DNA of 64,000 nucleotides from an uncultured Spirochaetaceae bacterium. Lineage in GTDB: Bacteria; Spirochaetota; Spirochaetia; DSM-27196; PWMO01. The stretch lies in the NCBI GenBank assembly GCA_964654185.1, contig CAZZIE010000004.1, positions 4,994 through 68,993 on the forward strand, given 5' to 3'. The notes under the pieces were generated by a model that had not been told where the DNA came from, searched no databases, and saw nothing but the letters and a program-made list of their open reading frames with translations. A program made the translations under genes and the position numbers. Position 1 is the stretch's first letter, and every line of letters begins with the position of its first letter. Of the stretch, positions 52,710 through 61,337 are shown in pieces.

Positions 52710-52770
52710 TCGTGCCGATGCCGACGGCCGGACCGCCACGCCCTTCGCAGCGGCGGCGCGCCCTGATTCC

Positions 52771-54867
52771 ATGACCCTCGAAGAGCTGCAGCTGCCCGTA
52801 ACGCGTCTCACCGGTGTCGGCCCCGCCGTAGCGGGCCTCCTGCACAACCTCGGCGTCGCAACCGTCGGTGATCTCCTCCTCCACGCCCCGCGCAGCTACG
52901 AGGATCGCTCCGAGCACCGTCCCTTCTCGGTGGCCATGCACGGTGAAAGCGTCAACACCGAGGCGGAGGTCATTGCCCACGACTACGTCGGCCGCCATCC
53001 CCGGCGCACCCTGCGCGTCTACCTGCGGGATGAGAGCGGCGTCGCCGCCCTTCTCTGCTTCGGCCGCAACTTCCTGGCAAACAAGCTCCCTCCGGGAACG
53101 CGAATCCGCGTTGCCGGCACCTTCCAGTACCGCCGGGGAGAGCTCCAGGCCTCCGCCTTCGACTTTGCCCCGGCGGACAATCCCGGCAACGAGTTCGGGG
53201 TGATTCTCCCGATCTATCCCGCCACCGAAGGCCTGGGCCAGCGCCAGCTCCGCAAGCTCGTGGCGACGGCGCTTCGCCACTACGGCAAACACGTTCAGGA
53301 GACGCTCCCTGAGCGCCTCCGGATGGAGCACGAGTTTCCGGAGGCGCCGACGGCCCTTCGGGCGCTGCACTTCCCGAAGACCCTCGACGAGGCGGAGACC
53401 GCCCGGCGCACCCTCGCCTTCACGGAGCTCTTCGAGCTCCAGCTCCAGGTGGCCCACCGCGCGGTCACCCGGGCGGCGCAACGGGTGAAGGTGCTGCGTG
53501 CCCCGGACCGTCTGCAGCGCAGCCTCATCGACTCACTGCCCTTCGAGCTCACCGAAGACCAGCAGAGTGCCCTCAGGGACCTGCGAAACGACATGGAGAC
53601 GGCGAGCCCCGCCGCCCGGCTCCTCCAGGGGGATGTCGGCAGCGGCAAGACCCTGGTCGCCTTCCTGGCGGCGGCGCCCTACCTGGAGTCCGGACACCAG
53701 GCGGTCTTCCTGGCGCCGACGGAGCTCCTGGCACAGCAGCATTTCCGTAACGCCCGACGCCTCTTCGAGCCCGCCGGCGTCGACGTGGTCCTGCTCTCTG
53801 GAGCGAGCCGCGGCGAGGAGCGCGCCGCCGCGGAGGAGGCGGTGAGCTCCGGATCGGCGCGGCTCATTGTCGGGACCCACGCCACCTTCACCGAGCGGGT
53901 GCGCTTCCACGCCCTGCGCTTCGTCATTGTGGACGAGCAGCACCGCTTCGGCGTGCTCCAGCGGCAGGCCCTCGTGGCGAAGGGCGACAACCCGGATGTT
54001 CTCTACATGACGGCCACTCCGATCCCGCGAACCCTCGCCCTCACCGCCTTCGGGGACATGGACACCTCGGTGATCCGGCAGATGCCGGCGGGACGGAAGC
54101 CGGTGAAGACGCATCTCGCCCGGACCGACCACGCCGAGCGCGTGTACGACCGCGTCCGCCGGGAGCTGGCCGCCGGCAGGCAGGCGTACTTCGTCTACCC
54201 GATCATCGAGCGCACCGCCAGGAGCGACCTCCACGACGCGGAATCCATGGCGGCGCGCCTTGCGGACGAGGTGTTCCCGGAGTACGCGGTGGACCTGATT
54301 CATTCGCGCATCCCCGAGGAGGAGAAGGAGACGCGCATGGCGCGCTTCGTGGAGGGGTCCCTCCAGGTCCTCGTGGCGACGAGCGTCGTGGAGGTCGGGG
54401 TGGACGTGGCCAACGCTACCTGCATGGTCATTACTCACGCCGAGCGCTTCGGCCTTGCATCCCTCCATCAGCTCCGCGGGCGTGTCGGCCGGGGGAGCGA
54501 TCAGTCCTACTGCTTCCTGGTCTACGACGAGCCCCTCACCGACGACGCCCGAGCGCGCCTGAAGGTCATGAAGGAGCGCAGCGACGGCTTCGAGGTTGCC
54601 GAGGAGGATCTGCGCATCCGCGGCCCCGGCGACCTTGCCGGCACGCGCCAGGCGGGGTACCTGCGTTTCAGCGTCGCCGACCTCTCCCGGGACATGGAGC
54701 TCATGCTCACGGCGCGCCGCCACGCCTTCGACATCCTCCATGCCGACCCGGGGCTCCTGGCACCGGAACACGCCCCCCTCCGCCGCCTCATTACCGATCG
54801 GACCGGCCGAACTACCGGAGACGCGATCTCGCCCGAGGGAGCGCAGGAAGAGGTCACAGAATCATGA
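52771..54867 (+). CDS. recG: ATP-dependent DNA helicase RecG
   Basis: LTGVGPAVAGLL, FELTEDQQSAL, LLQGDVGSGKT, VIVDEQHRFGV, TATPIPRTL, QLRGRVGRG. Start at ATG 52771 (MTLEELQLPV). Confidence 0.92.
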   Translation: MTLEELQLPVTRLTGVGPAVAGLLHNLGVATVGDLLLHAPRSYEDRSEHRPFSVAMHGESVNTEAEVIAHDYVGRHPRRTLRVYLRDESGVAALLCFGRNFLANKLPPGTRIRVAGTFQYRRGELQASAFDFAPADNPGNEFGVILPIYPATEGLGQRQLRKLVATALRHYGKHVQETLPERLRMEHEFPEAPTALRALHFPKTLDEAETARRTLAFTELFELQLQVAHRAVTRAAQRVKVLRAPDRLQRSLIDSLPFELTEDQQSALRDLRNDMETASPAARLLQGDVGSGKTLVAFLAAAPYLESGHQAVFLAPTELLAQQHFRNARRLFEPAGVDVVLLSGASRGEERAAAEEAVSSGSARLIVGTHATFTERVRFHALRFVIVDEQHRFGVLQRQALVAKGDNPDVLYMTATPIPRTLALTAFGDMDTSVIRQMPAGRKPVKTHLARTDHAERVYDRVRRELAAGRQAYFVYPIIERTARSDLHDAESMAARLADEVFPEYAVDLIHSRIPEEEKETRMARFVEGSLQVLVATSVVEVGVDVANATCMVITHAERFGLASLHQLRGRVGRGSDQSYCFLVYDEPLTDDARARLKVMKERSDGFEVAEEDLRIRGPGDLAGTRQAGYLRFSVADLSRDMELMLTARRHAFDILHADPGLLAPEHAPLRRLITDRTGRTTGDAISPEGAQEEVTES

Positions 54868-54979
54868 CGATGCCTACGGTGCCTCGCCCCACCTTGCCCT
54901 ACCGCCACTGCCCGTGCCGGAGGCGAGATCGGCGCGGGCCGACCGCGCGCCGCCGGGCCACACGCTCGACGGAGGCGAC

Positions 54980-55669
54980 ATGCGGATAATCGCGGGCCGC
55001 TACGGCGGTCGCCGCCTCAAGGTACCGCCGGGCATTATCCGCCCGGCCATGGATCAGATGCGCGAGAGCGTCTTCGCCAGTTTGGGCAACCTGGAGGGTG
55101 CGCGCTTCCTCGACCTCTTCGCCGGCTCCGGGGCGGTAGGCCTGGAGGCGGCCTCCCGGGGCGCCGCCCTGGTAGTCTTCGTGGAGTCGGACCGCAAGAA
55201 GATCGCCACCCTCCAGGAGAACATCACCGCACTGGGACTGGAGCTGCGCCGCGGCGCCCCGACGAACCCCGCCGAAACCGGCGCGGCTGGGCCGGAGGAC
55301 GCGGCGACGGCTCACGTGGTGGCATGGCCGGTCGAGCGCTACCTGGCATCCGGGCGCGCGGACAGGCTGCAGGCGGACACGACGGGCCCGGGCGGGGAGC
55401 GTATCGCCGCGATGCACGGCGACGGGGAGCGCACCGCGTCGGAGACCTTCGACTGCGTCTTTGCCGATCCGCCCTTTCCCTATCAGAAGCGCGCGAAGGT
55501 GCTCTACAGCCTCGGCACCTCCCCCCGCATCGTCGAAGGGGCCGTGGTCATGATCCACTATCCAGCCGAGTCGCCGCTGCCGGATGCGGTTCCCGGCCTG
55601 GAACACCTGCGAGACCGCCGTTTCGGCCGCTCCGTGGTCACCTTCTTCCGGCGGTCCTCGGTTTCCTAA
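54980..55669 (+). CDS. rsmD: 16S rRNA (guanine966-N2)-methyltransferase RsmD, with an internal insertion
   Basis: MRIIAGRYGGRRLKVPPG..RP..D..RESVF..L, LDLFAGSGAVGLEAASRGA, FADPPF. GGAGG lies 4 nt upstream of ATG 54980. Confidence 0.85.
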   Translation: MRIIAGRYGGRRLKVPPGIIRPAMDQMRESVFASLGNLEGARFLDLFAGSGAVGLEAASRGAALVVFVESDRKKIATLQENITALGLELRRGAPTNPAETGAAGPEDAATAHVVAWPVERYLASGRADRLQADTTGPGGERIAAMHGDGERTASETFDCVFADPPFPYQKRAKVLYSLGTSPRIVEGAVVMIHYPAESPLPDAVPGLEHLRDRRFGRSVVTFFRRSSVS

Positions 55670-55739
55670 CGGACGGGGATTTGGTACGCTGTCGGCTCCA
55701 CATCTCGACAGGAACAGCGAGTTCCGCAGGACCGGAGAG

Positions 55740-56855
55740 TTGACGGCGCAACGACGTAACATACTGCGACTCCCCCAGGGGACGGAGTCTTTCCACCTCA
55801 GTGAAGCCCTTCGGCATCGCCGCCGTCTGCGGCGGCTCGAGGATCTGTATTCCTCCTGGGGCTACCTGCCGGTGGAGACACCGGTATTCGATTTCTACGA
55901 TGTCTACGCCCCGCTCATGCAGGCGAAGGCGGTGGGCGAGGTCTATCGCCTCATCGACCGGGAGGGGGAGCTTCTCATGCTCAGGTCGGATGCCACGCTC
56001 TTCCTGGCCAAGCAGCTCGGGCTCATTCTGCAGGACGAGGACCTGCCGGTACGGGTCTATTACGCCGACACGATTCTGCGCCATCAGGACCCGGAAGATA
56101 TCTCCAAGAACGAGTTCATCCAGACCGGTGTGGAGCTGATCGGTGAGGCCGGTGCCGATGCGGAGGCGGAGGTGCTCCTGCTGCTGTGGGAAACCCTGGC
56201 CGAGACCGGCGCAACCGACGCCGTGATCCATCTGGGTTCGCGCCGCGTGATCAACGCGGTAACCGCGGGCATGACCGAGGGGGATGCGGAGGAGCTCCGG
56301 AGCGCCGTGACGCTTCGCGACGTCGAGCGGATCCGCACCGTCCTGGGCGCCACGTCGACAAGCGAGGGCACATTCCGCGCCGCCGGCAAAGAGCTCGTTG
56401 AGCTGCTGTCCTTCATCGGGACGGGGACGGAGCTGGCGGATCTGCGCACGAGACTCGCCGGAGGAGTGAGCACGGAGATGCTCTCCGGACTCGATCACCT
56501 GGCACGCCTTGCGGATGAGCTCTCCCAGATCATTCCGGCCGGGCGCCTGCGCATTGATCTCTCGGAAGTCGGAGGGCAGCCCTATTACACGGGTATCGTC
56601 TTCCGGGCATACATTCCCGGCACCGATTCGGAGATAGCCTCGGGAGGGCGGTACGACGAACTCCTCGGCCGCTACGGATTCAATGCACCCTCCGTGGGTT
56701 TCTCCCTGCTCCCGGGAAAGGTCGAGTCGGCGCGATCCCGGACGCCGCGGCCCGAAGAGCTGCCGATACCCGCCCGGGCTCAGGGCGCAACCGTGAAGGA
56801 GCGGTATGAGGATGCCCGCCGACGCCGCGCTGCCGGGGAGAGGGTGCAACTATGA
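55740..56855 (+). CDS. hisZ: ATP phosphoribosyltransferase regulatory subunit HisZ
   Basis: LPQGTESFHLSEA....LEDLYSSWGYLPVETPVFDFYD..., LRSDATL (HisRS-like core without an anticodon domain). The probable TTG start at 55740 is uncertain. Confidence 0.8.
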   Translation: MTAQRRNILRLPQGTESFHLSEALRHRRRLRRLEDLYSSWGYLPVETPVFDFYDVYAPLMQAKAVGEVYRLIDREGELLMLRSDATLFLAKQLGLILQDEDLPVRVYYADTILRHQDPEDISKNEFIQTGVELIGEAGADAEAEVLLLLWETLAETGATDAVIHLGSRRVINAVTAGMTEGDAEELRSAVTLRDVERIRTVLGATSTSEGTFRAAGKELVELLSFIGTGTELADLRTRLAGGVSTEMLSGLDHLARLADELSQIIPAGRLRIDLSEVGGQPYYTGIVFRAYIPGTDSEIASGGRYDELLGRYGFNAPSVGFSLLPGKVESARSRTPRPEELPIPARAQGATVKERYEDARRRRAAGERVQL

Positions 56856-57586
56856 GCGCCGGTGGTTTTCGTGATCTGCACGACGACGCCGGCAAGGACC
56901 CGGAAGCGGGAGCCGACGCACGGGACGGCAGGGAGGCGGATGCCTCGAAGGCGCCGCTCACCGTAGCGCTGCCGAAGGGGCGCCTCCTGGAACAGACACA
57001 GGAGTTCTTCGAGGGCGCCGGTCTCGGTTTCGACATAGAGCAGCGCCGCCTCGTGGCGAAGGACCGTGAGGGCGGACTCCGCATCATGTTCGTGAAGAAC
57101 AGCGACGTTCCCACCTACCTCCACCACGGAATAGCCGGCCTGGCGATCTGCGGTGAGGACGTCGTCTACGAGTCGGGCCACCCCTTCTTCCGCCTTCTGG
57201 AGATGCCCTTCGGTGGTACCCGTATCTGCCTGGCGACGCGGGAAGACTTCGACCCCGAGCGCGACACCTCCGGGCGCATGCGCGTAGCGACAAAGTTCAC
57301 CCGATTCACCCGGGACTTCTTCCATCGCCGAGGCCTGCCTGTCGAGGTGATTCGTCTCAACGGCTCGGTGGAACTTGCGCCGATTCTCGGCCTTGCGCCG
57401 TACATCGTCGACCTGGTGGAGACCGGCTCCACCCTCAAGGCGAACAACCTGGTGGTTCGTGAGGAGTTGACGCAGATCAAGGTGCACCTCCTTGCAAACC
57501 CCGCCTACTACAAGTATTACTTTCGTCAGATCGATGCCCTCGTCGCGCGCCTTCGCGCTGCAATGAGCGGCGCTGAGGGGCAGTGA
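56852..57586 (+). CDS. hisG: ATP phosphoribosyltransferase (short form) HisG, with an N-terminal extension of about 35 aa
   Basis: LTVALPKGRLLEQT...LRIMFVKNSDVPTYLHHGIAGLAICGED...DLVETGSTLKAN. ATGA overlap with hisZ. Confidence 0.9.
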   Translation: MSAGGFRDLHDDAGKDPEAGADARDGREADASKAPLTVALPKGRLLEQTQEFFEGAGLGFDIEQRRLVAKDREGGLRIMFVKNSDVPTYLHHGIAGLAICGEDVVYESGHPFFRLLEMPFGGTRICLATREDFDPERDTSGRMRVATKFTRFTRDFFHRRGLPVEVIRLNGSVELAPILGLAPYIVDLVETGSTLKANNLVVREELTQIKVHLLANPAYYKYYFRQIDALVARLRAAMSGAEGQ

Positions 57587-57614
57587 GGGGCAGTGAGGGG
57601 CAGTGAGGGGCGAC
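57575..57614. repeat. 10-bp tandem repeat (GAGGGGCAGT, 3 copies plus 1 partial) spanning the hisG stop codon
   Basis: Read directly: GAGGGGCAGT at 57575, 57585 and 57595, then GAGGGGCGAC at 57605. Confidence 0.9.
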
Positions 57615-57636
57615 GCGGCAACATTCACCATGCGGG

Positions 57637-57666
57637 GCGGCACATGACACGGAGCGGCACATGACA
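57637..57666. repeat. 13-bp direct repeat GCGGCACATGACA (2 copies); the second copy contains the hisB start codon
   Basis: Copies at 57637-57649 and 57654-57666. Confidence 0.85.
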
Positions 57667-58239
57667 AGCAAACAGGAACGGACCACCAGAGAAACCTCGA
57701 TAACCCTTTCTGTGGACATGGCGCAGGCGCCTGAGCCGGAGATCGACACGGGTCTTCCCTTCTTCGATCACATGCTCCGGGCCATGTCCTTCCACGGATG
57801 CCTGGGCCTGAAGGTGTCCGCCCGGGGCGACCTGGAGGTGGATGCGCACCATACCGTCGAGGACATTGGGATTGTGCTCGGTGACGCCCTGCGGGAGATC
57901 CGCGACGCGAATCCGACCATTCGCCGCTTCGGCCACGCCGCCGTGCCCATGGACGACGCCCTGGCGGAGGCCACGGTGGACTTCGGCGGCCGGGGCTACC
58001 TGGTCTACAACCTCACCTTTCCCCAGGCCTACGCCGGCACCTTTCAGCTGGCGCTGCTCCGGGAGTTCTTCCACGGGCTCTCGGCGCGCGGGCTCTGCAA
58101 CCTCCACCTCAACGGCCGCTACGGGGAGAACGGGCACCACCTGGCGGAAGCGGCATTCAAAGCTCTGGGCCTGGCCGTTCAGAGCGCCTTCGCCCCCGGT
58201 CCGTACCGGAGCAAGGCATCGACGAAGGGCAGCTTGTAA
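57661..58239 (+). CDS. hisB: imidazoleglycerol-phosphate dehydratase
   Basis: RTTRETSITLSVD...TGLPFFDHML...DLEVDAHHTVEDIGIVLG...NGHHLAEAAFKALG. Confidence 0.93.
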   Translation: MTSKQERTTRETSITLSVDMAQAPEPEIDTGLPFFDHMLRAMSFHGCLGLKVSARGDLEVDAHHTVEDIGIVLGDALREIRDANPTIRRFGHAAVPMDDALAEATVDFGGRGYLVYNLTFPQAYAGTFQLALLREFFHGLSARGLCNLHLNGRYGENGHHLAEAAFKALGLAVQSAFAPGPYRSKASTKGSL

Positions 58240-58435
58240 ATGTAAAGTGGACATTCACCTCCCAGGTTGATACTCTAGGGAGTACATGCTCGGAGGGTGT
58301 CGTCGGAGGGTCTCGTCGGTGTAGAGAGTATGGCCCGAAGGCAGTACGACCCCGAACCACGTGGCATTTGCAGCCCACGTATTGCATCCTGAGTTGATTT
58401 GTCCGAATACCTACGCTACGGTTCGTTGAAGCACT

Positions 58436-58795
58436 ATGGCGAAGCTGAATACCAGTCACGAGCCGCTTCCCGGCTTCGTGAAGGTTTCGAAAGATAAGCG
58501 ACCGACTCTGACGGGAGAACAACGAACCGCGCTGATCCGCAAGGGCAATGAGCTCTTCAACGCGGGTCGTCTGGACGAGGCGCGGCGGATCTTCCTCACG
58601 GCGAGTTACAGCGACGGACTGATTCGGCTTGGGGATTACTACTACAAGAACAAGCAGCCACTTGAAGCGTTCAAGATGTACTGGCAAGCCTCCGCGACGG
58701 ACCGGAGCGGCAAAATGATCGAGCAGATGGCCGGGGTTGTGCGCCACTGGCTGCAGGAAGATAACGGTGAGCTCTCAGAACCCGATACCAGATAA
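58436..58795 (+). CDS. hypothetical protein (possible single TPR/Sel1-like helical hairpins)
   Basis: ORF with an ATG start and plausible composition (GNELFNAGRLDEARRIF...YYYKNKQPLEAFKMYWQA). No family recognised. Confidence 0.5.
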   Translation: MAKLNTSHEPLPGFVKVSKDKRPTLTGEQRTALIRKGNELFNAGRLDEARRIFLTASYSDGLIRLGDYYYKNKQPLEAFKMYWQASATDRSGKMIEQMAGVVRHWLQEDNGELSEPDTR

Positions 58796-59909
58796 CGCCC
58801 GGAGCACGGAGCAGGACGAACAGTCACGCATCCGCGCCTACATTGCCGAGCTCTCTCAATCCGCCTATCAACTGCTGCGGGAGAACTACGTCCGCGAGGC
58901 GGAAGAGAAGTTCAAGGAGATCCTCTCCTACGATGATACGAACAACTACGCCCTGGTCGGCCTGGGCGACGCCGCGAGGAAGCGCAAGGACTGCAAGACC
59001 GCGGTCGTTTACTACAAGCGCTGTCTGGAGTCCCACCCGAAGAACAATTACGCCCTCTTCGGTCTGGCCGACTGCTACAAAGCAATGCGCCATTTCCACC
59101 GCGCTATTGAGTACTGGGAAGAGTACCTCACCCTCGACGACCGCAACGTTACCGTCCTTACCCGGGTAGCCGACGCCTATCGCAAGGTGAAGAACTTCGA
59201 TCGCTCCAAGGAGCTCTACGACCAGGTTCTCGAGCTGGAACCGGACAACGCCTACGCGCTGATCGGGCTCGGCCATCTCAACTACGACTTCAAGCGCTAC
59301 GACGACGCACTCCGATACTGGCTCCGCATGTACGAGCTCAGCGGGGATCGCGTCGACATCCGCGTGCTCACCTCGATTGGAAACTGCCACCGGAAGCGGA
59401 AGACCTTTGCGGAGGGGATTCCCTACTTTGAGGAGGCTCTCGAGCGGGAGCCGAAAAACTTCTACGCCCTCTTCGGTCTGGCCGACTGCTACCGCGGCCT
59501 GGGACACCCCGAGAAATCCCTCGTCTACTGGAACGGGATTCTCGACCGCGACCCCCGGAACAAAGTGATACTTACCCGCGCCGCCGACGCCTACCGCGCC
59601 ATGGGCGAACACGAGCAGGCGCGGAAGTACTACGAGACGGCTCTCGACATCGAGTACGATACCTACGCCGTCCTCGGGCTGGCACTGCTGAACCGCACCG
59701 AGGGGCGGATTGATCTTGCCATCGAGTCCCTGAAACGTCTTGTGGCGCACGAACCGAAGAACAGCCGGATCTACCTGGAACTGGCGCACACCTACCTGCA
59801 GGATCGGGACGAGCGGAGCGCCATGATGGTGCTCCGGGACTTCTTCGATCAGGGGCTCCAGGATCGGCACGCCACGGAGCTCTACAACCGCCTCAAGGGC
59901 CCGCGCTGA
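58767..59909 (+). CDS. tetratricopeptide-repeat protein
   Basis: At least 8 consecutive TPR units (..NYALVGLGDAARK.., NYALFGLADCYKAM.., AYALIGLGHLNYD.., FYALFGLADCYRGL..). The start is uncertain: GTG at 58767 (AGGAAG upstream) or TTG at 58737. Confidence 0.8.
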   Translation: MSSQNPIPDNARSTEQDEQSRIRAYIAELSQSAYQLLRENYVREAEEKFKEILSYDDTNNYALVGLGDAARKRKDCKTAVVYYKRCLESHPKNNYALFGLADCYKAMRHFHRAIEYWEEYLTLDDRNVTVLTRVADAYRKVKNFDRSKELYDQVLELEPDNAYALIGLGHLNYDFKRYDDALRYWLRMYELSGDRVDIRVLTSIGNCHRKRKTFAEGIPYFEEALEREPKNFYALFGLADCYRGLGHPEKSLVYWNGILDRDPRNKVILTRAADAYRAMGEHEQARKYYETALDIEYDTYAVLGLALLNRTEGRIDLAIESLKRLVAHEPKNSRIYLELAHTYLQDRDERSAMMVLRDFFDQGLQDRHATELYNRLKGPR

Positions 59910-59911
59910 CG

Positions 59912-61117
59912 GTGAATCCGACCGCCCCGACGCACACCTCGACCGCGACGTTCCGCACCCCGGCCGCCACGATATCCTCAGCCGAGCCGCTTCTTGTCAT
60001 CCCGGAAGATGACCCGGCCCTCCTGGGTCTGGACCGTCCGGGTCGCCTGGAGCAGTGCTTCCGCCTGATTCACGGCAGGGACCCGGGAGAGGTCGCCGCC
60101 GGAACGCGTGCTGCCGCACACCGGGCCGGACGCATGGCGTCACAGGTAACACGGACGCTACGGGGCGGCGACGGAACGACGAAGCTCCAGATCACCCTGC
60201 CCGACGGCTCCGTGATAGAGAGCGTGCTTCTTCGGGATGCCAGACCCTCCGGGGCTGCACGGCTCACCGCGTGCCTCTCCACCCAGGTCGGCTGCGCCGT
60301 TGGGTGCAGCTTCTGCCGAACCGGGCGCATGGGACTGCACCGCAATCTCTCCGGCCAGGAAATCCTTGAGCAGTACCTCCACCTGCGCCGCCGCTTCGGC
60401 TCCATCTCCAACGTGGTCTTCATGGGAATGGGCGAGCCCCTGCACAACACCGCTGCGGTGCTCGCGGCGGTTCGCGTCCTGGCTCACCCCCGCGGTCCCG
60501 GGATCTCACTGAATCGCATTACCATCTCGACGTCGGGGGTCGCCCGCGGCATTGAGCGGCTCGCCGAAACGGAACGCTTCTCTCCGCGCGCCGGCGGCCG
60601 TCCGCGCCTCGCCATCTCGCTCATCACCGCGCGACCGGACGTGCGGGGCCGACTCATTCCCGCCGCGCTTCGCCGGAGCGGTGAACCCGTGGCGGCGCTG
60701 GCGGAGCTGCGCGCCGCCGTAGCGGGCTACCAGGCGCGGACCGGACACCCTACCACCTTCGAAGTGGTGCTCATGGACGGTGTCACCGATACCGACGAGG
60801 ACGCCGGCGCCCTCATCGCCTTTCTGCAGGGGGACGGGGGTTCCATGCCCTCGGAGTACACCATAGGCGGCGACTCAGCGGGCCGCGCAGCCAACCACGT
60901 GCCGGATGAGCCCTCCGACGCCCGGCGGCGTCTCCAGGGAGATGTCAATCTGATTACGTGGAATCCCGTCGACGGCGTGCCCTTCCAAACATCGTCACGG
61001 GAACGGGTGGACCGCTTCGCGTACCGACTGCTGAAGGCGGGGATTGCGGTTACCTATCGCTTTCCCCGGGGCACGAAGAACGGCGCAGGGTGCGGTCAGC
61101 TCGGAACGGCGGTGTGA
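59912..61117 (+). CDS. rlmN: radical-SAM 23S rRNA/tRNA (adenine-C2)-methyltransferase RlmN-like
   Basis: ACLSTQVGCAVGCSFCRTG (CxxxCxxC), NVVFMGMGEPL, ITISTSG, NLITWNPV, GAGCGQL. It has long N-terminal and internal insertions, and the start is uncertain. Confidence 0.8.
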   Translation: MNPTAPTHTSTATFRTPAATISSAEPLLVIPEDDPALLGLDRPGRLEQCFRLIHGRDPGEVAAGTRAAAHRAGRMASQVTRTLRGGDGTTKLQITLPDGSVIESVLLRDARPSGAARLTACLSTQVGCAVGCSFCRTGRMGLHRNLSGQEILEQYLHLRRRFGSISNVVFMGMGEPLHNTAAVLAAVRVLAHPRGPGISLNRITISTSGVARGIERLAETERFSPRAGGRPRLAISLITARPDVRGRLIPAALRRSGEPVAALAELRAAVAGYQARTGHPTTFEVVLMDGVTDTDEDAGALIAFLQGDGGSMPSEYTIGGDSAGRAANHVPDEPSDARRRLQGDVNLITWNPVDGVPFQTSSRERVDRFAYRLLKAGIAVTYRFPRGTKNGAGCGQLGTAV

Positions 61118-61337
61118 GCCGACGGTGAGAGACGGACAGGCGGAGCCGCACGGACGCTGCGGCCTCTATCCTTCGCAACCTACTCAGAACCCTGTTGATG
61201 GCCCTGGCAGTAAACCGCTACGGAGCCGTAGGTTGCCGGCGCCCGGCCTGCGAAGAACCCCGTGCCGGTGTAGAAGTCGCCCAAACTTCGCCTGCATCGT
61301 GACTTGACGGGATCCCAACAACAGGGTTCCGGGTACG

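Noticed and set aside
57587-57660. Histidine-operon attenuator or leader peptide between hisG and hisB
   Set aside because: The mini-ORFs (MRGGT, MTRSGT) contain no His codons. I found no terminator/antiterminator alternative pairing with a U-tract.
61044-61307. 87-aa plus-strand ORF in the rlmN/alaS spacer
   Set aside because: It starts inside the rlmN 3' end in another frame, has Arg/Pro/Gly-rich composition and no RBS. The region is better described as structured non-coding DNA.
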